A DNA stretch of 64,000 nt, taken from assembly GCA_951406725.2 (NCBI GenBank), contig OX597818.1, forward strand, positions 55,676,001-55,740,000, in the 5' to 3' direction. The DNA comes from Octopus vulgaris (lineage: Eukaryota). How positions within the stretch are numbered: the stretch's first letter is position 1; each line of letters starts with the position of its first letter. A program made the position numbers and the translations under genes. This document shows, piece after piece, positions 1 through 13,225 of the stretch. The notes below the pieces were generated by a model that did no database searches, had not been told where the DNA came from, and was given only the letters and a program-made list of their open reading frames with translations.

Positions 1-94
1 CTTTAGCCTCTCAACACCTGGCATAACCCCCCCTCCCCCATCCTCACTTAATCAAGTGCAGAGAGTTAGTGTTCTTTTCTCCTCTTGCAAGTTA

Positions 95-302
95 CTTGGA
101 AATCTCACTAGTGCTGGTGACATACAAAAAGCACCCTGTACACACTGTAAAGTGGTTGACACTAGGAAGGTCATCTTGCTGTAGAAATCATGGCAAAGCT
201 GAGATTGAAACTTGAAGCAGTTCCGCAACTTGTTGGATCCTGTTTGACTGACCAACCCAAGCTAACATGGAAAGCAGACATTAAATGATGATGGTAATGA
301 TA
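95..302 (+). mobile_element. Old RTE-3' fragment
   Basis: Diverged match to the in-window family (aaaagcaccc...gtggttg...aggaagg...catggaaagcagac) ending in gatgatg. Confidence 0.75.
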
Positions 303-810
303 AGCAATGAATACAGTGTTACATTGTTGGAGATAATGTTCACCATGACAGTGTCTCATGATACTTAGTTTCATACTTTACATTTTGAAATTTAATATTC
401 TCGCTGGTAACATTATATGTATATCATTGTTTTATTCAATTAAAATGTCACCTCACTTTCTCCACTTCTTGCATTTCTCGGTCAAGGCTCCATACTTCAC
501 CTCTCTTATCACAGATATGCTTTCCTTAAATTACATAATTTTACCCTTAAGTTCTGCAATTATTGACTGATACTTCACAATATGTTACACCTGCCTTTTT
601 ATGCATTTTTTTTCTTAACCATCCTACCTTTTTGTAGTTTTTCTAGGCATGGCTATGTGGTGAAGAAGCTTGCTTTGCAACTTGGGTTTTGGGTTTGAAC
701 CCACTGCATAGCATATTGGGCAAGTGTATTCTACTATAGCCCCTGGCCAATGAACACTTCAAGTCAATTTGGTAGTTGGAAACTGTGTGGAAGCCTGTTG
801 TGTGTGTGTG

Positions 811-1123
811 CTCCATCAGTTATGACGACAAGGGTCGCAGCTCAGCTGATATGATCAACGGAAAGAGCTTGCTCGTGAAATTAATGTGCAAGTGGCTGAG
901 CACTCCACAGACATGTGTGCTCTTAATGTGGTTCTCAGGGAGATTCAGAGTGTGACAAGGCTGGCCCTTTCAAATACAGGTACAACTCATCTTTGTCAGC
1001 TGAATGGACTGGAGCAATGTGAAATAAAGTGTCTTGCTCAAGGAAACAACACGTCGCTGGGAATTGAACTCATGACCTTACAATTGTGAGCTGAATGCCC
1101 TAACCACTAAACCACGTGCCTTC
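811..1123 (-). mobile_element. SINE-D variant (tRNA-derived, CORE-like body)
   Basis: Shares its 3' half with 13730-14112; the minus-strand head has degenerate A/B boxes followed by ccttgagcaagacacttt. Confidence 0.8.
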
Positions 1124-1127
1124 ATAC

Positions 1128-1159
<32 letters not shown>

Positions 1160-1367
1160 CAGGGTAGGCCAAAAGTCACCTGACAGTAAATCAAAATTCC
1201 ATAAATACTTAATATTCAATTTTTTTTATTCATTCTAATTATGAATGTTTAATAATTGAATTTTAAAACCACTGTTTTTTTTTTAAAGTCTCATAAAATA
1301 ATTTTCTGTTTTAATCTTGGAATTAAATGGTTTTGATTTACTGTCAGGTGACTTTTGGCCAACCCTG
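1160..1367. mobile_element. Tc1/mariner-type MITE
   Basis: About 35 bp TIRs: cagggtaggccaaaagtcacctgacagtaaatcaaaa and its reverse complement ending ggccaaccctg; AT-rich interior. Confidence 0.85.
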
Positions 1368-1597
1368 AATATCTGTTGTCCCCTACCACATGACAACCTC
1401 TACTGGTTTGTTTATATCCTCATAACTTCGTGGTTCAGCAAAAACGACCCAGAGAATAAGTATGAATTCAAAAAGTACTGGGTTCAATTTGTTAAACTAC
1501 ACCCTCTGAAGTGGTACCCTAGCATGGCTGCTGTCCAATGAATGAAACCAGTAAAACATAAAAATTGATTAGTCTCAACCCCTACTTTATATAAGTG

Positions 1598-2138
1598 CAG
1601 ATGTAGCTGTGTGATAATGAGCTTGCTTCCCAACCACATAATTCTGGGTTCAGTCCTACTGCGTAGCACCTTGAACAAGCGTCTTCTACTATAGCTTTAG
1701 ACTGACCAAAGCCTTGTTGGTGGATTTGATAGATGGAAACTGAAAGAAACCCATCGTGAGAGAGAGAGAGAGTGTGTGTGCGTGTGCTTTTGTGTCTGTT
1801 TGTCCCCCACCACTGCTTGACAACCAGTGTTGGTGTATTTATGTCCCCATAACTTAACGGTTCAGCAGAAGGGATCAATTAAATTAAGTACCAGGCTTTA
1901 AAAAATATATATACTCTTTATTCTTTTACTTGTTTCAGTCATTTTGACTGTAGCCATGCTGGAGCACCGCCTTTAGTTGAGCAAATCGACTCCAGAGCTT
2001 ATTCTTTGTAAGTTGAGTGAGTAATTATTCTATCGGTCTCTTTTGCCGAACTGTTAAGTTATGGGGACGTAAACACACCAGCATCAGTTGTCAAGCGATG
2101 TTAGGGAGGACAAACTCAGACACACAAACATATACACG

Positions 2139-2169
<31 letters not shown>

Positions 2170-2329
2170 ATATATACGACGGGCTTCTTTCAGTTTCCGT
2201 CTACCAAATCCACTCACAAGGCTTTGGTCAGCCCGAGGCTATAGAAAAAGACACTTGCCCAAGGTGCCACACTGAACCCGGAACCATGTGGTTGGTAAGC
2301 AAAATACTTACCACACAGCCACTCCTACG

Positions 2330-2376
<47 letters not shown>

Positions 2377-2413
2377 ATATATATATGTGTGTATATATAT
2401 ATGTGTGTATATA

Positions 2414-2449
<36 letters not shown>

Positions 2450-2540
2450 ATTAGTGGGTCAATTCATTTGATAAAAATTCTTCAAAGAAATGTACCTCAG
2501 TATGGCTGCAGTCCAATGACTGGAACAAGTAAAAGATAAG
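1598..2540 (+). mobile_element. Old SINE-A interrupted by a younger SINE-A
   Basis: Body at 1598-1910; tail resumes at about 2455-2540. Confidence 0.75.
1912..2331 (-). mobile_element. SINE-A (young)
   Basis: Near full-length match to the many other copies; followed by a TA/TG microsatellite. Confidence 0.9.
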
Positions 2541-3164
2541 CCGATAGAGTATAACATAAGACTTGCTTCTGGCTGTCAGATGCAACTCGACTATCACACT
2601 CGCATTGCTGACTCTCTTTATGTTACCTTGTCAGGTTTATACTTTCCATTTTAGTTTGAGTACTTTTTTTCCTCTTTTTTTTTGTGGTGGGTATAACATC
2701 TGATATCCATGTGATTGATATGCCACAGACGTTGCATTATTCTTTTAGACAACTCATATTACTCGCTCCAGTTCAGCAAGTTGTAAATTGTTCCTTCTTA
2801 GCTTAAATAGTTTTGCAGTATTTCATTATGGAGTTAGCAATCTCAGTATCTCAGTCGGTAAATTCATCCCACTGTGTATATATGTAATTCCTGATACATA
2901 GTAATATCATGTTCAGTGTTTTGTTATGAAAAGAAAACAGAAAAACAAAAATCAAGGAGAATAATACCTATCTGAATGTGATTAGGGTGACAGCATTTGT
3001 GCTCAGTAACAGTGTAAGATAATATATACAGGTCATTATCAAATATTGTTTGTGCTTAAACAAAAGGTCATACAAGCTCTCAGTTTGTCATATATTCTAC
3101 AAGAACAGACCGTTTTTTAATATAAAAAGCACGCATATATGTGTGTGTGTGTGTGTGTGTGTAT

Positions 3165-3669
3165 GCCGTCTGACAGGTCCCATGTTGATGGCATGTAAGG
3201 CGGCAAACTGGCAGAAATGTTAGCACGTCGGGCAAAATGCTTAGCAGTATTTCGTCTGCCACTATGTTCTGAGTTCAAATTCCGCCGAGGTTGACTTAGC
3301 CTTTCATCCTTTTGTGGTCGATTAAATAAGTACCAGTTATGCACTGGGGTTGATATAATCGACTTAATCCGTTTGTCTGTCCTTGTTCGTCCCCTCTGTG
3401 TTTAGCCCCTTGTGGTTAGCAAAGAAATAGGCATGTAAAAAGCACCATTCGAGTATGGTCAATGCTAGTGCCACCTGACTAGCCCTGGCATGTAAAAAGC
3501 ACCCACTACAGTCTCGGAGTGGTTGGTGTTAAGAAGGGCATCCAGCTGTAGAGAAACCTTGCCCGATCAAATAGGAGCCTGGTACAGCCTTCTGGCTTGC
3601 CAGTCCTCAGTCAAACCGTCCAACCCATGCCAGCATGGAAAGCAGATGTTAAACAGCGATGATGATGAT
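3165..3669 (+). mobile_element. RTE-3' element interrupted by SINE-B
   Basis: ggcatgtaaaaagcacc units, ggttggtgttaagaagggcatccagctg and a (gat)n tail. Confidence 0.85.
3199..3429 (+). mobile_element. SINE-B
   Basis: ggcggcaaactggcagaaa...gagttcaaattcc...aaagaaata, flanked by the direct repeat ggcatgtaa. Confidence 0.9.
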
Positions 3670-3772
3670 ATATGAAGAACACAAGTGAGGTTGTGTTCTT
3701 CTTTATACATATGCTACACTGTGAGTGTGTGTATATGTTTATGTGTATTTATATATATTTGTATAGGTATAT

Positions 3773-3920
3773 GCTTGGCGTTAGGAAGGGCATCCAGCCG
3801 TAGAAACACTGCCAAATCTGACTGGGCCTGATGAAGCCTTCCAGCTTCACAGACCCCAGTTAAACCATCCAACCCATGCTAGCATGGAAAACGGATGCTA
3901 AATGATGATGATGATGACGA
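3773..3920 (+). mobile_element. Short RTE-3' end
   Basis: ttggcgttaggaagggcatcc...ccatgctagcatgg...(gat)n. Confidence 0.85.
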
Positions 3921-4104
3921 TATATATATACACACACTTATAATGAAGTAACAACAAATGACAACTGTGAGTTACCTCTCAACTTGTAGGTTTAATACTA
4001 TACACTCAGCCAGTCCTGGCACCTTACATGTTGATCATGTCTGCTAGATCAGAGTTGGCCTAGGGTTAAATAAGTTTTTTTTATTTTATAAAGAAGCAGG
4101 TACT

Positions 4105-4424
4105 GGTATAGCTGTGTGGTTAAAACGCCTGCTTTGCAAGCATGTGGCACCTTAGGCAAGAATCTTTTATAGCCCTGGGTTGACAAGTACCTTGTGAGTG
4201 AATTTGATAGCTGGAAAATGTGTGGAAGCTTGTGTGTGTACATGTATTTGTTTGTGACCTCCCCCAATGCCTAACAACTGGTGTTGATTAATTTGTGTCA
4301 CCAGTAACTTAGTGGTTCTGCAAAAGAGACCAAAAGAATAGCACCAGACTTAAAAATAGTATTTCAAGTTGGTGCCCCAGCATGGCCACAGTCCAGTGAC
4401 TGAAACAAGTAAGAGATAAAAGAT
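4105..4424 (+). mobile_element. Old SINE-A
   Basis: Diverged head-to-tail match ending gactgaaacaagtaagagataaaaga. Confidence 0.75.
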
Positions 4425-4831
4425 GAATCCAGTTAATGATTATCCATCTTTAAAATAATTACTTCTTTCATGTTTTACATCTCGTCCACATTACAGATAG
4501 GGCAAATATTTATTTAGATCATTTTGGCTATTACCTTAATTTGTAATTAATTATTGAGCTTGCTCTTGGTTCATGTTTGAAATGTCATGTTTTTTAGCGA
4601 GTAGACATAACTAGGGAGATATTTGAAGATGGGTCTGATGAAATATAAATTATAGAAAATCTAAGAAGATCAAAGAAGCAGTGAGGAAAAAGTGGTAATG
4701 ATGGTAAAGTAGGTTTTAATAATTTTTGTTTGAACAAGTATCACTGTAAACTAAAATTTATTATAAGTATTAAGACACAAACTATCAGGAGTTACTTTGG
4801 ATTCTACTGCTTTATATCTATGTGTCTTAAT

Positions 4832-5958
4832 GGGGATCTAGACAAAAGCCCCATATTTAAAGTGTGAAAGTGGACAAAGGCCCATGGTTATATTTTTTGG
4901 TTATTTTATTTCGCTTTTTTTTTTCTTTTTACTTGTTGCAGTTATTAGACTGTGACCATGCTGGGGCACTACCTTGTAGAATTTTTAGTTGAATATATCA
5001 ACCCCACAATTTTTTTTTTACTGATTTTCAACCAGACCAGTGCATGAAGTTAAGCCTAGGAGGTTTCTCCACATGCTAGAAATAACAGCCAAATCTCTTG
5101 AAAATTTTGTATAACACCCTCGGTTATATTTTTTGGTTATTCTTCGATTTTCTTTCATTTTCTAAAAATCTTTTTACTTGTTTCAGTCATTGGACTGCAG
5201 CCATACTGTGGCACCACCTTGAGAAATTTTTAGTCGAGTGTGTCGAACCCAGAATTTTTTAGGTGATTTTCAACCAGCACATGAAGTTAAACCTAGGTAT
5301 TTCTATATGCTAGAAATAACAGCCAAATCTTTAAAAAATTAACTTTTATATTTTCACATAAACAAAAACGGAAATCGCAGTTGTAAAAAAAAAAATTATT
5401 TTCCAAAATACCAATTTTGAAGTAAACAAAATATATTCAACCAAAAAAAAAAAATGTAGAATAGAATAACAGAATACAAGACTCTTTATTACTCAATGTA
5501 CATATTATCTGAATTCTAACAAAATGGAAAGCATTTACTTCAAGAAATGTGTAGAGGCATAAAAAACTATAAGAAATACGTTTGAATGAGTAGCCTTTAG
5601 TACCATAATTCTGTTAGACCTTCAATGGCCAGAGAAAGTGCCAAAGGTCAGCACATTCTCATTAATCTGTAAGGGCTGAGAGAAGAAAGTAAAAGACTTT
5701 AAATTTTAAAATGCTGATTTTTTTCTGCGGCTAAAAATTCTTCAAGGCAGTGCCCTAGCATGGCCGCAGTCTAATAACTACAACAAGTAAAAATATTCTG
5801 GTGTCTAATAACTGAAACAAGTAAATGTAAAAAAACAAAAAAAAATATCTATAACTATGGGGCTTTTAGCTGAGGGGCTTTTTTTGTCCACTTTCACACT
5901 TTAACTATGGGGCTTTTGCCTGAGGGGCTTTTGTCCTAGGGGGCTTTTGTCCTACACT
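4832..5958. mobile_element. Mutator-like non-autonomous DNA element
   Basis: Inverted ends (gacaaaagccccatatttaaagtgtgaaagtggacaaa versus tttgtccactttcacactttaactatggggcttttg), reiterated ggggcttttg subterminal motifs, and a 9 bp direct repeat tgtcttaat at 4823-4831 and 5959-5967. Confidence 0.7.
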
Positions 5959-6119
5959 TGTCTTAATGATGGTTTAATGCATCTGAGCTGTAGTTTGTAT
6001 TCAGGTAGTCCCATATTTTCTAGATTAATTTTTGTGTTGTTCCAGTCTTGAACTAATAAATGCAAAGCTTAAAATGTGTAAGTTTTTGATTCACTGCTAC
6101 TATAATTGTTGTTCCCTCA

Positions 6120-6675
6120 TTCATTGGACAATGAACTTTGCTTGCGAAGTCCTATTGAGGCAAGTGTAAACAAACCAAAATCGCTGATGTGGCCAATGAC
6201 AGTACCACCTGATTGGCACTTGTGCCAGTGGAATGTTAAAAGCACATCCGAGCGTGATCGTTGCCTGGGCCTCGGATTGGCTCCTGTGCCGGTGACACGT
6301 GAAAAGCACCATTTGAGCATGATCATTGCCAGCATTGCCTTACTGGCACATGTGCCAGTGGCATGTGGAAAACAACATTTGAGCATGGTCGTTGCCAGTG
6401 CCGCCAGACTGGCTCCCGTGCAGGTAGCACATAAAAACACCTTTTGAGCCTGAGCGTGGTCATTGCCAGAACTGCCTGATTGGCCCTTGTGCCGGTGGCA
6501 CGTAAAAAGCACCCACTACACTCTTGGAGTGGTTGGTGTTAGGAAAGGCATCTAGCTGTAGAAACTTTGCCAGACTAGATTGAGCCTGGTGCAACCTCTG
6601 GCTCACCAGTCCTTAGTCAAACCGTCCAACCCATGCCAGCATGGAAAGTGGGCGTTAAATGATGATGGTGATGAT
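6120..6675 (+). mobile_element. RTE-3' element with about 6 tandem 60 bp units
   Basis: Repeated gtgccggtggcacgtaaaaagcacc-like units, then the conserved terminal segment and (gat)n. Confidence 0.9.
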
Positions 6676-6909
6676 AGAAATAGTACCTTTAAGACTATAT
6701 TATCCAGTATGTCTTTCTACTTGAAAGAATAAGTTTGTAATGTGTTGGGTGAATGGCTTTATATACTAGTTTGTTAGTTTGTCATGGAGGTTGCATCCTA
6801 CAGCTTTATGGGCAGAGACATTTTGTGTGTACAGATTTGGTCAGTGCCACGCAAGAAACTCTTGAGCCTTGAGTCACTTTGCAACTTCAGCCAATTAAAG
6901 AATATAATA

Positions 6910-7093
6910 GCACTCATGCTGGTGCCACATAAAAGCACACTGTGCACTCTGTAAAGTGGTTGGCATTAGGAAGGGCATCCAGCCATAGAAACCATACCAA
7001 ATCAGACTGGAGTCTGGTACAGCTCCCCAGCTTGCTAGCTTTAGTCTAACCATCTAATCTATGCCAGCATGGACAATGGATGTTAAATGATGA
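6910..7093 (+). mobile_element. Old RTE-3' end
   Basis: One unit plus terminal segment and gatgatga tail. Confidence 0.8.
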
Positions 7094-8440
7094 TATATAC
7101 AGACGTGTGTGTGTGTATATATATCAAACCATGAGAATGAGTGCTCAACACCATGTTGGTGAATAAAGATTCTTCATTTGTGTATTAAGGCTACCATTGG
7201 TTTCCTGTTAGGAAATACCTCCACAATTATGAAGCCTATCACATGGAAACATTGGTATTTGTCTCTATTTTGGATTAAAACGCAAAAAGTCATGAAAGTC
7301 ACAATAAAATCATGCAAGACTTTTGATAAACAAAGATACAAGACATTAATAAAATGTGTGTGTGGCCATCATCTAATGTCTGTTTTCTATGTTGATGTTT
7401 GTGTTGGACAATTTGAAAGGAGCTGGTAATCCCGACAATTGTACCAAGCTCCTGGTTTCTATGGCTGGATGCATGCCCTTACACCAAACACACACACACT
7501 TAGTGTACTGTTTTCTTATTGGTAGGATCAACAAAACAATCGCTCAATTTAGAAAGAGACACACATTTCATAAACACAGGATTGTACTACTGGCACCCGA
7601 AACTTGTAATAGCTCATAGTTAAGTCTGATACCCAGACTTTTAACTAAGAGGCTGGAGTATATTGATTGGGGGCTTGCATTGTTGACCTGTAGCATAGAG
7701 CAATCCTATATTCTGCAAGAATCATTTGAATGATTCTTGAAATTTGAGGAAACTTGTCACCAAACCTCAAGACAACAGCCCTGATAACTAATATAACCTG
7801 TAATAGTTATAATAATAATTTCTAAATTAGACTACAAATGTTAGGTCAATTTAAATGTCCGTAACCTGTTCCTATTACTAACTGGAATTTGCTTTCATCC
7901 TTCTGAAATTAATAAATTTGAGTTTGGTGGGATTAACTTAATGCCACTAGGCATTTTATCCATTGCTCCACTGATTCTGCCATCTACCACCTTAGAAATG
8001 CAAGTATATTGTGAGTTTTTTTTTTTTTTTTTTTCTATAGCACTAAATTATAAAAGTCTGAAAGCAAGCAATTAAGGCGGGATTATACTTGAAGATAGAA
8101 ATTGATAGAAACTGATGAAAAATCTACAAAAAAGAAAGACTGTAATAGATATGACATTAAATAAATAGTTAATATACAGAACACTATCAGATATGCTCTA
8201 ATTCTACTTGTAAAGTACATCTCTAACACCACCCAACTGAGAAATGTTTATCATTTTCTAATGAAGTATTTCTTTATAATTTTCAACAGTTTTAGGGCCT
8301 ATAGAAAAAAAGCGAAGAAAAAACTCCAAAACCTTGTTTTCCAGTATTTAGCTTTGTCTTTCTCTTTGTGTATGGTTAGTCAGCTGAGGTGGATTAAATT
8401 ATTTTTTTCTTATGCTTGCCATCTAGTTTTTATTTTGCAG

Positions 8441-8484
8441 ATGTGCATACTTCAAAATGACAAAAACATTTGTTAGGAGACAAG
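8441..8484 (+). CDS. Weak candidate exon (possible start exon, MTKTFVRRQ)
   Basis: tttttattttgcag acceptor, caaaATG at 8457, caag|gtaaac donor; only one frame is open. Confidence 0.25.
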
Positions 8485-9469
8485 GTAAACTATTCACAGA
8501 TGTTTATTTGTGATTTGTTGAATGTAGGTTTTATTTTTATATGAATTCCACTTATAAGATAATATAAAAAGTAAAACCCACAGGCATCTTACTTGCTGAC
8601 AGAGGAAGGTCTGGTATGGCACTTCAGACCCACTTTATTATCAGCCAATAGTGAGAGATAAATCAAATGAAATCTCAACAGCACATTGGAATAAATATTT
8701 TCTTTGATTGGGACCACAATATCTTATCAAACAATAAGGATGCTATCACTAATGTGTTCTTTCTTTAAATAAATGTCTAACTCGCCATTTATTTTTAATT
8801 CCTTTTCTATTTGGCGATTGATGTGTCATCTTTGGATGGCACATTATCCCATTATGTGTTGTATGAAGCTGACAAAGGCGCAACATTCCCAGGGGTAATA
8901 AACTGCTGATGGAAGTCGAAATAATTTTCTAGATTATCTAAGAGATCTTTCATTGTTTTGTTTTTTTAATGTTATATCACTCCTACCATTATTGTTCAGA
9001 ATAGGCAAATATAATGTTTAATCAATTTTCATCTGGTTATTTGAGATATTTTGCAGTTACAATGGTTTTGCTTTGGTATTATATGGCATTAAAATTACAT
9101 ACAATTAATTAATGAGTACTGTAGTAATTAGCACAGATTAGTTCTTTTCAAACCACCAATGTTCTAAATACAAAATCTAATTAATTTCTTATATTCATGA
9201 ATTAAAGTTGTGCTTAGTCCTATGATTGTAGATAGCTCTCCTCGGTACAGTGTAGAATTCCCATGTGTGTTGCATTCCTGTACAAGATATATAATTCTTT
9301 GTGTATCAGTTTGCCTGTCTGGCAAACAGGTTCTATTGTATTCTTTATATATCTTTGAGTAGACAGTGGTTGAAGACAACCAGCTGTAAAAGCAATAGCT
9401 TTCACAGAAAGCTTTGTGTTGGTGTAGTAAAACAGAGGTAAAAACTTCCATTATCAACAATATTAAGTA

Positions 9470-10270
9470 GCTGGAAGAGAAGCTAGATGTCAGGTATACT
9501 TAGCAAGGGGAGAAGCCAAAGTTAACAGGTTTGTTCTGCGATGCTCTGCAGTGTGCGAATCAGATGCATGAGATGTTCCAGATTGCAAGGCAGTGTACTA
9601 GGGAGAGTTATTGGGGAGAAGTGCGTACAAAATGGTAGCAGTGCACTTGGCCTCACTTCACTGAAAAGATAAAATGTATGGAAATGCTATTGTGAGAGGT
9701 TGAATGAGGAGAGTGCATGAGAGAGAAAGGACCTACTCCAAGTAGATCCAATAGATCAACCAACCATTGAAGCTGACAGTCATATGGATGAAGGTGCTAT
9801 TAAGGATATGAAGGCAAGAAAGGCAGCTGGACTATCATGGTTAGTCATTGAGATGTTTATTTGGTGACGCAGGTCATGTGCTACTCACTTGCATAGTCAA
9901 TCATTGACTGTCTCAAATACAAAGGAAACTCTAGAGAGAGAGAGGGAACGGCAATCAATGGAATTAGGCAAAGAATTAACCTAGACAGAAACCAGTTCAG
10001 CTTTACACCTGGACAGGGTACCACCATTGTTGTATTCCTAGAAAGATGGCTACAGGAGAAATCCTTAGCTAGGAGTAAGCGCACTATGTAGCTTTTGATT
10101 TTGGAGAAGGCATTCAATAGTTCCACACTTTATACTTGGTGGTCACTTAGAAAACTACGGAAAGCTGAATGGCTTGTGAGAACCATACAAGCCATGTGCA
10201 AAGATGCCATTAGTAAGGTGAGAGTTAATGAGTTCAGCAAGAAACTTAGTATACTAGGTGATGTACACCC
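9470..10270 (+). pseudogene. Decayed RTE LINE ORF (linker and RT N-terminus)
   Basis: Frame-broken peptides QFSFTPGQGTT, LEKAFN and WWSLRKL..EWLVRTIQAMCKDAISKVRV are typical of RTE-clade RT. Confidence 0.85.
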
Positions 10271-10653
10271 TCTGTGCTAAACTCTTTGCTGAATCTAGTA
10301 ATGGAAGTCCTTAAAAGGTCATACGTGATGTCCTTCTTCCTCTGATTAAGCCATTAAAAAGAATTTTGTTAGTATATTGGTTGAAATAGCTGAGATTTTA
10401 AATATGTTGGGTGTAAGATATAAGGTAAAAGTTCTTTATAATTAGTAAGAAGAAACATGAATATACAGTATTGGTCTAGTTACTCCAAGTAGTAGATTCT
10501 TGTATAAGTAAGACTGCATTTAAACATTTCTGTCAAAGGTAATCTTAGTAAACTCACTTGTGGTACACTCAATGAGTATGTTGAGACTATGTGTACTCAT
10601 TTCTTTACATATCATTTCTAATCACCTTTGATAATGCTAGACCAGGTAACATC

Positions 10654-11121
10654 TGTAGTGAGTCAAGGAAGCCTTAATTTGTTGTTGCTGATTGGCACAG
10701 TTGTGCTTTGGCAACTGTAGCCAATCAGAGCTGGTCGTGTACCTATAAAAGCAGCAGAAGCACTGCCTTTTCGCAGTCAGTCAGTAGAAGACCTTGAGGC
10801 CACCACCGTCAGCGAACAGATCTCCACAACTAACAGCATGGACAGATCTTGACATTTCACACCAGCCTTTGTACCACCGGCTATTGTCTGCTTGTTTTTC
10901 TTACATCCTTAGCACCGCAAACTTCTAAACCTACTTGTGCAATTGTAAGTTTCAAGGCTTCCCTCTGACTCCTACACATATACACTCCCTTTGCTCAGCA
11001 CTTGTCAACAATCCAAATAAAATTACTATGCTCTTTTAACAAACATGCCTTCTGACATTTATTTCTATATACTATTCATTCCACGTTATATTGTAACATT
11101 GTTACATTCGAACATGTTACA
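10654..11121 (+). mobile_element. Solo-LTR-like sequence
   Basis: Begins tgtagtg; has paired CCAAT boxes, tataaaag at about 10744, aataaa at about 11016, and candidate ...ttaca ends; no TSD found. Confidence 0.45.
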
Positions 11122-11289
11122 TCCAATATCTACCACCTCTCATTACCTGTACTCCTCAAAAAATTTTATTCTGTTTATCTCTCACTATTTAAAATTTGTA
11201 TGGCCTGACCAGGCTATGGGCTTGAGATTTTCTTTCTAGAAAACCATAAGTCTTTTTATATTATTTTTACTCTCTTCTAGCTATTTATC

Positions 11290-11660
11290 TTGTATCTTCT
11301 ACCTGTTTCAGTCTTTTGATGGTGGCCATGCTGGGGGCATTCTCTTCAAGGATTTAGTCAAACAAATTGGCTCTAGTACTTATTTTTAAGTCTTGCACTT
11401 ATTCGATTGATCTCTTTTGCCAAACTGCTAAGTTACAGGAACATAAACAAACCAACACCGATTGCCAAATAATGAGGGAGCAAGCTCAGATACACATACA
11501 TGGCAAGTTTCTAGAGTTTCCATCGACCGTATATTCACTTGCAAGGTATTGGTCATCCTGGAGCTACAGTAGACACTTGCCCAAGGTACTGTGGTTTGGG
11601 ACTGAACTCAAGACCATATGATTACAAAGTGAGCTTCTCAACCATACATCCATTCCTGCA
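11290..11660 (-). mobile_element. Old SINE-A
   Basis: Diverged full-length match. Confidence 0.75.
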
Positions 11661-12204
11661 TCTTTATTATTTTCTACTTTGATTTTCTAAGAAGTAAGAA
11701 GTCCTTTTCCAAATCTTATGTCACCGGGACTAGAAATGGCAGCACAGAGCACAGACTGTTAAAATGACAAATGCAACAATGGGTTGAATAGATAAGAATG
11801 AACGAGATAAGAGTTTTACTGTTGTGAAATTTGAAATGACTAAGGTGAGAATAGAGTATAGTTAATGTGAACATATGTCTGACAATATTTGTAAATGTGC
11901 AAGAGTAAGTTTAAAGATGGCAAGAGAATGTGTGTTCTATTGAGCTGATATAAGCAGTTAAATACTGCCGCTCTTCCGCTTCTTTTCATACACATGCCAT
12001 CATTAATTATGTTTTATCTTGCTAGCAGTACATAATACTAAAATTATTTATGAGCTATTTGGTCACTTGATCTTCTAAAAATACTAGCAAAATATTTTAG
12101 CATGAAAGCCCCGCTATCTTAACCAAGGGAAACCATATTAAAAATATAAGCTAAGACAAGTGAGGTCATAACCCATGGCCTCAGTCCACTTTATGCATAC
12201 CTTT

Positions 12205-12613
12205 ACTTCTTGGGACACAAAACTCTACTTGTAGTGAAGACCTGTTGAGGCAAGTGAAAAACAAAATCAAAATCAAAATCGATCAACATCAATGGAAATC
12301 GTAGCTGTAATACCAGTGCCGGTGGCACATAAGAGAACCATCTGAACGTGGCCATTGCCAGTGCCGCCCCGACCGCCTCCGTGCCGGTGGCACGTAAAAA
12401 GCACCATCCGATCGTGGCCGTTTGTCAGCCTCGTATGGCACGTAAAAAGCACCCACTACACTCATGGAGTGGTTGGCATTAGGAAGGGCATCCAGCCATT
12501 GCCAGATCAGACTGGGCCTGGTGCAGCCTTCTGGCTTCCCAGACCCCAGTTGAACCATCCAACCCATGCCAGCATGGAAAGCGGACGCTATACGATGATG
12601 ATGATGATGATGA
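12205..12613 (+). mobile_element. RTE-3' element (young)
   Basis: CpG-rich tandem units, terminal stem-loop, (gat)7. Confidence 0.9.
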
Positions 12614-12810
12614 TAGATGTGTTGAAGATGGGAGGTGGTCAAGTTGGGAATGCCATTCATTTTATTCTGCATGATTTAGGTTGGACCTGAGCTAAAGAAC
12701 AAGGAAAATTATTATTTAAGACGCAGTATTTGCTTTAGGAAAATTGCACTAGTTGTTGTTTAGCACCAAATAATTCCTGGTCAAGCAGACCTATGATCAC
12801 AGACATTTCT

Positions 12811-13225
12811 TATTTCTTTATTGCCCAGAAGGGGCTAAACACAGAGGGGACAAACAAGGACAGACAAAGGGATTAAGTTGATTACATCGACCCCAGTGCA
12901 TAACTGGTACTTAATTTATTGACCCCAAAAGGATGAAAGGCAAAGTCAACCATGGCGGAATTTGAACTCGGAACATAATGGCAGATGAAATACCCATTTC
13001 TTTACTACCCACAAGGGGCTAAACACAGAGAGGACAAACAAGGACAGACAAACAGATTAAGTCGATTACATCGACCCCAGTGCGTAACTGGTACTTAATT
13101 TATCGACCCCGAAAGGATGAAAGGCAAAGTTGACCTCGGTGGAATTTGAACTCTGAACGTAGTGGCAGACAAAATAACACTAAGCATTTCACCCGGCATG
13201 CTAACAATTCTGCCAGCTCACCGCC
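12811..13225 (-). mobile_element. SINE-B head-to-tail dimer
   Basis: Full unit 12996-13225 plus a 5'-truncated unit 12811-12995. Confidence 0.9.

Larger units (their letters stand above)
645..1563 (+). mobile_element. Old SINE-A split by nested insertions
   Basis: Head ggctatgtggtgaagaagcttgct...ttgggcaagtg at 645-810 and tail at 1370-1563; a SINE-D-type element and a MITE sit in the central microsatellite. Confidence 0.75.
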
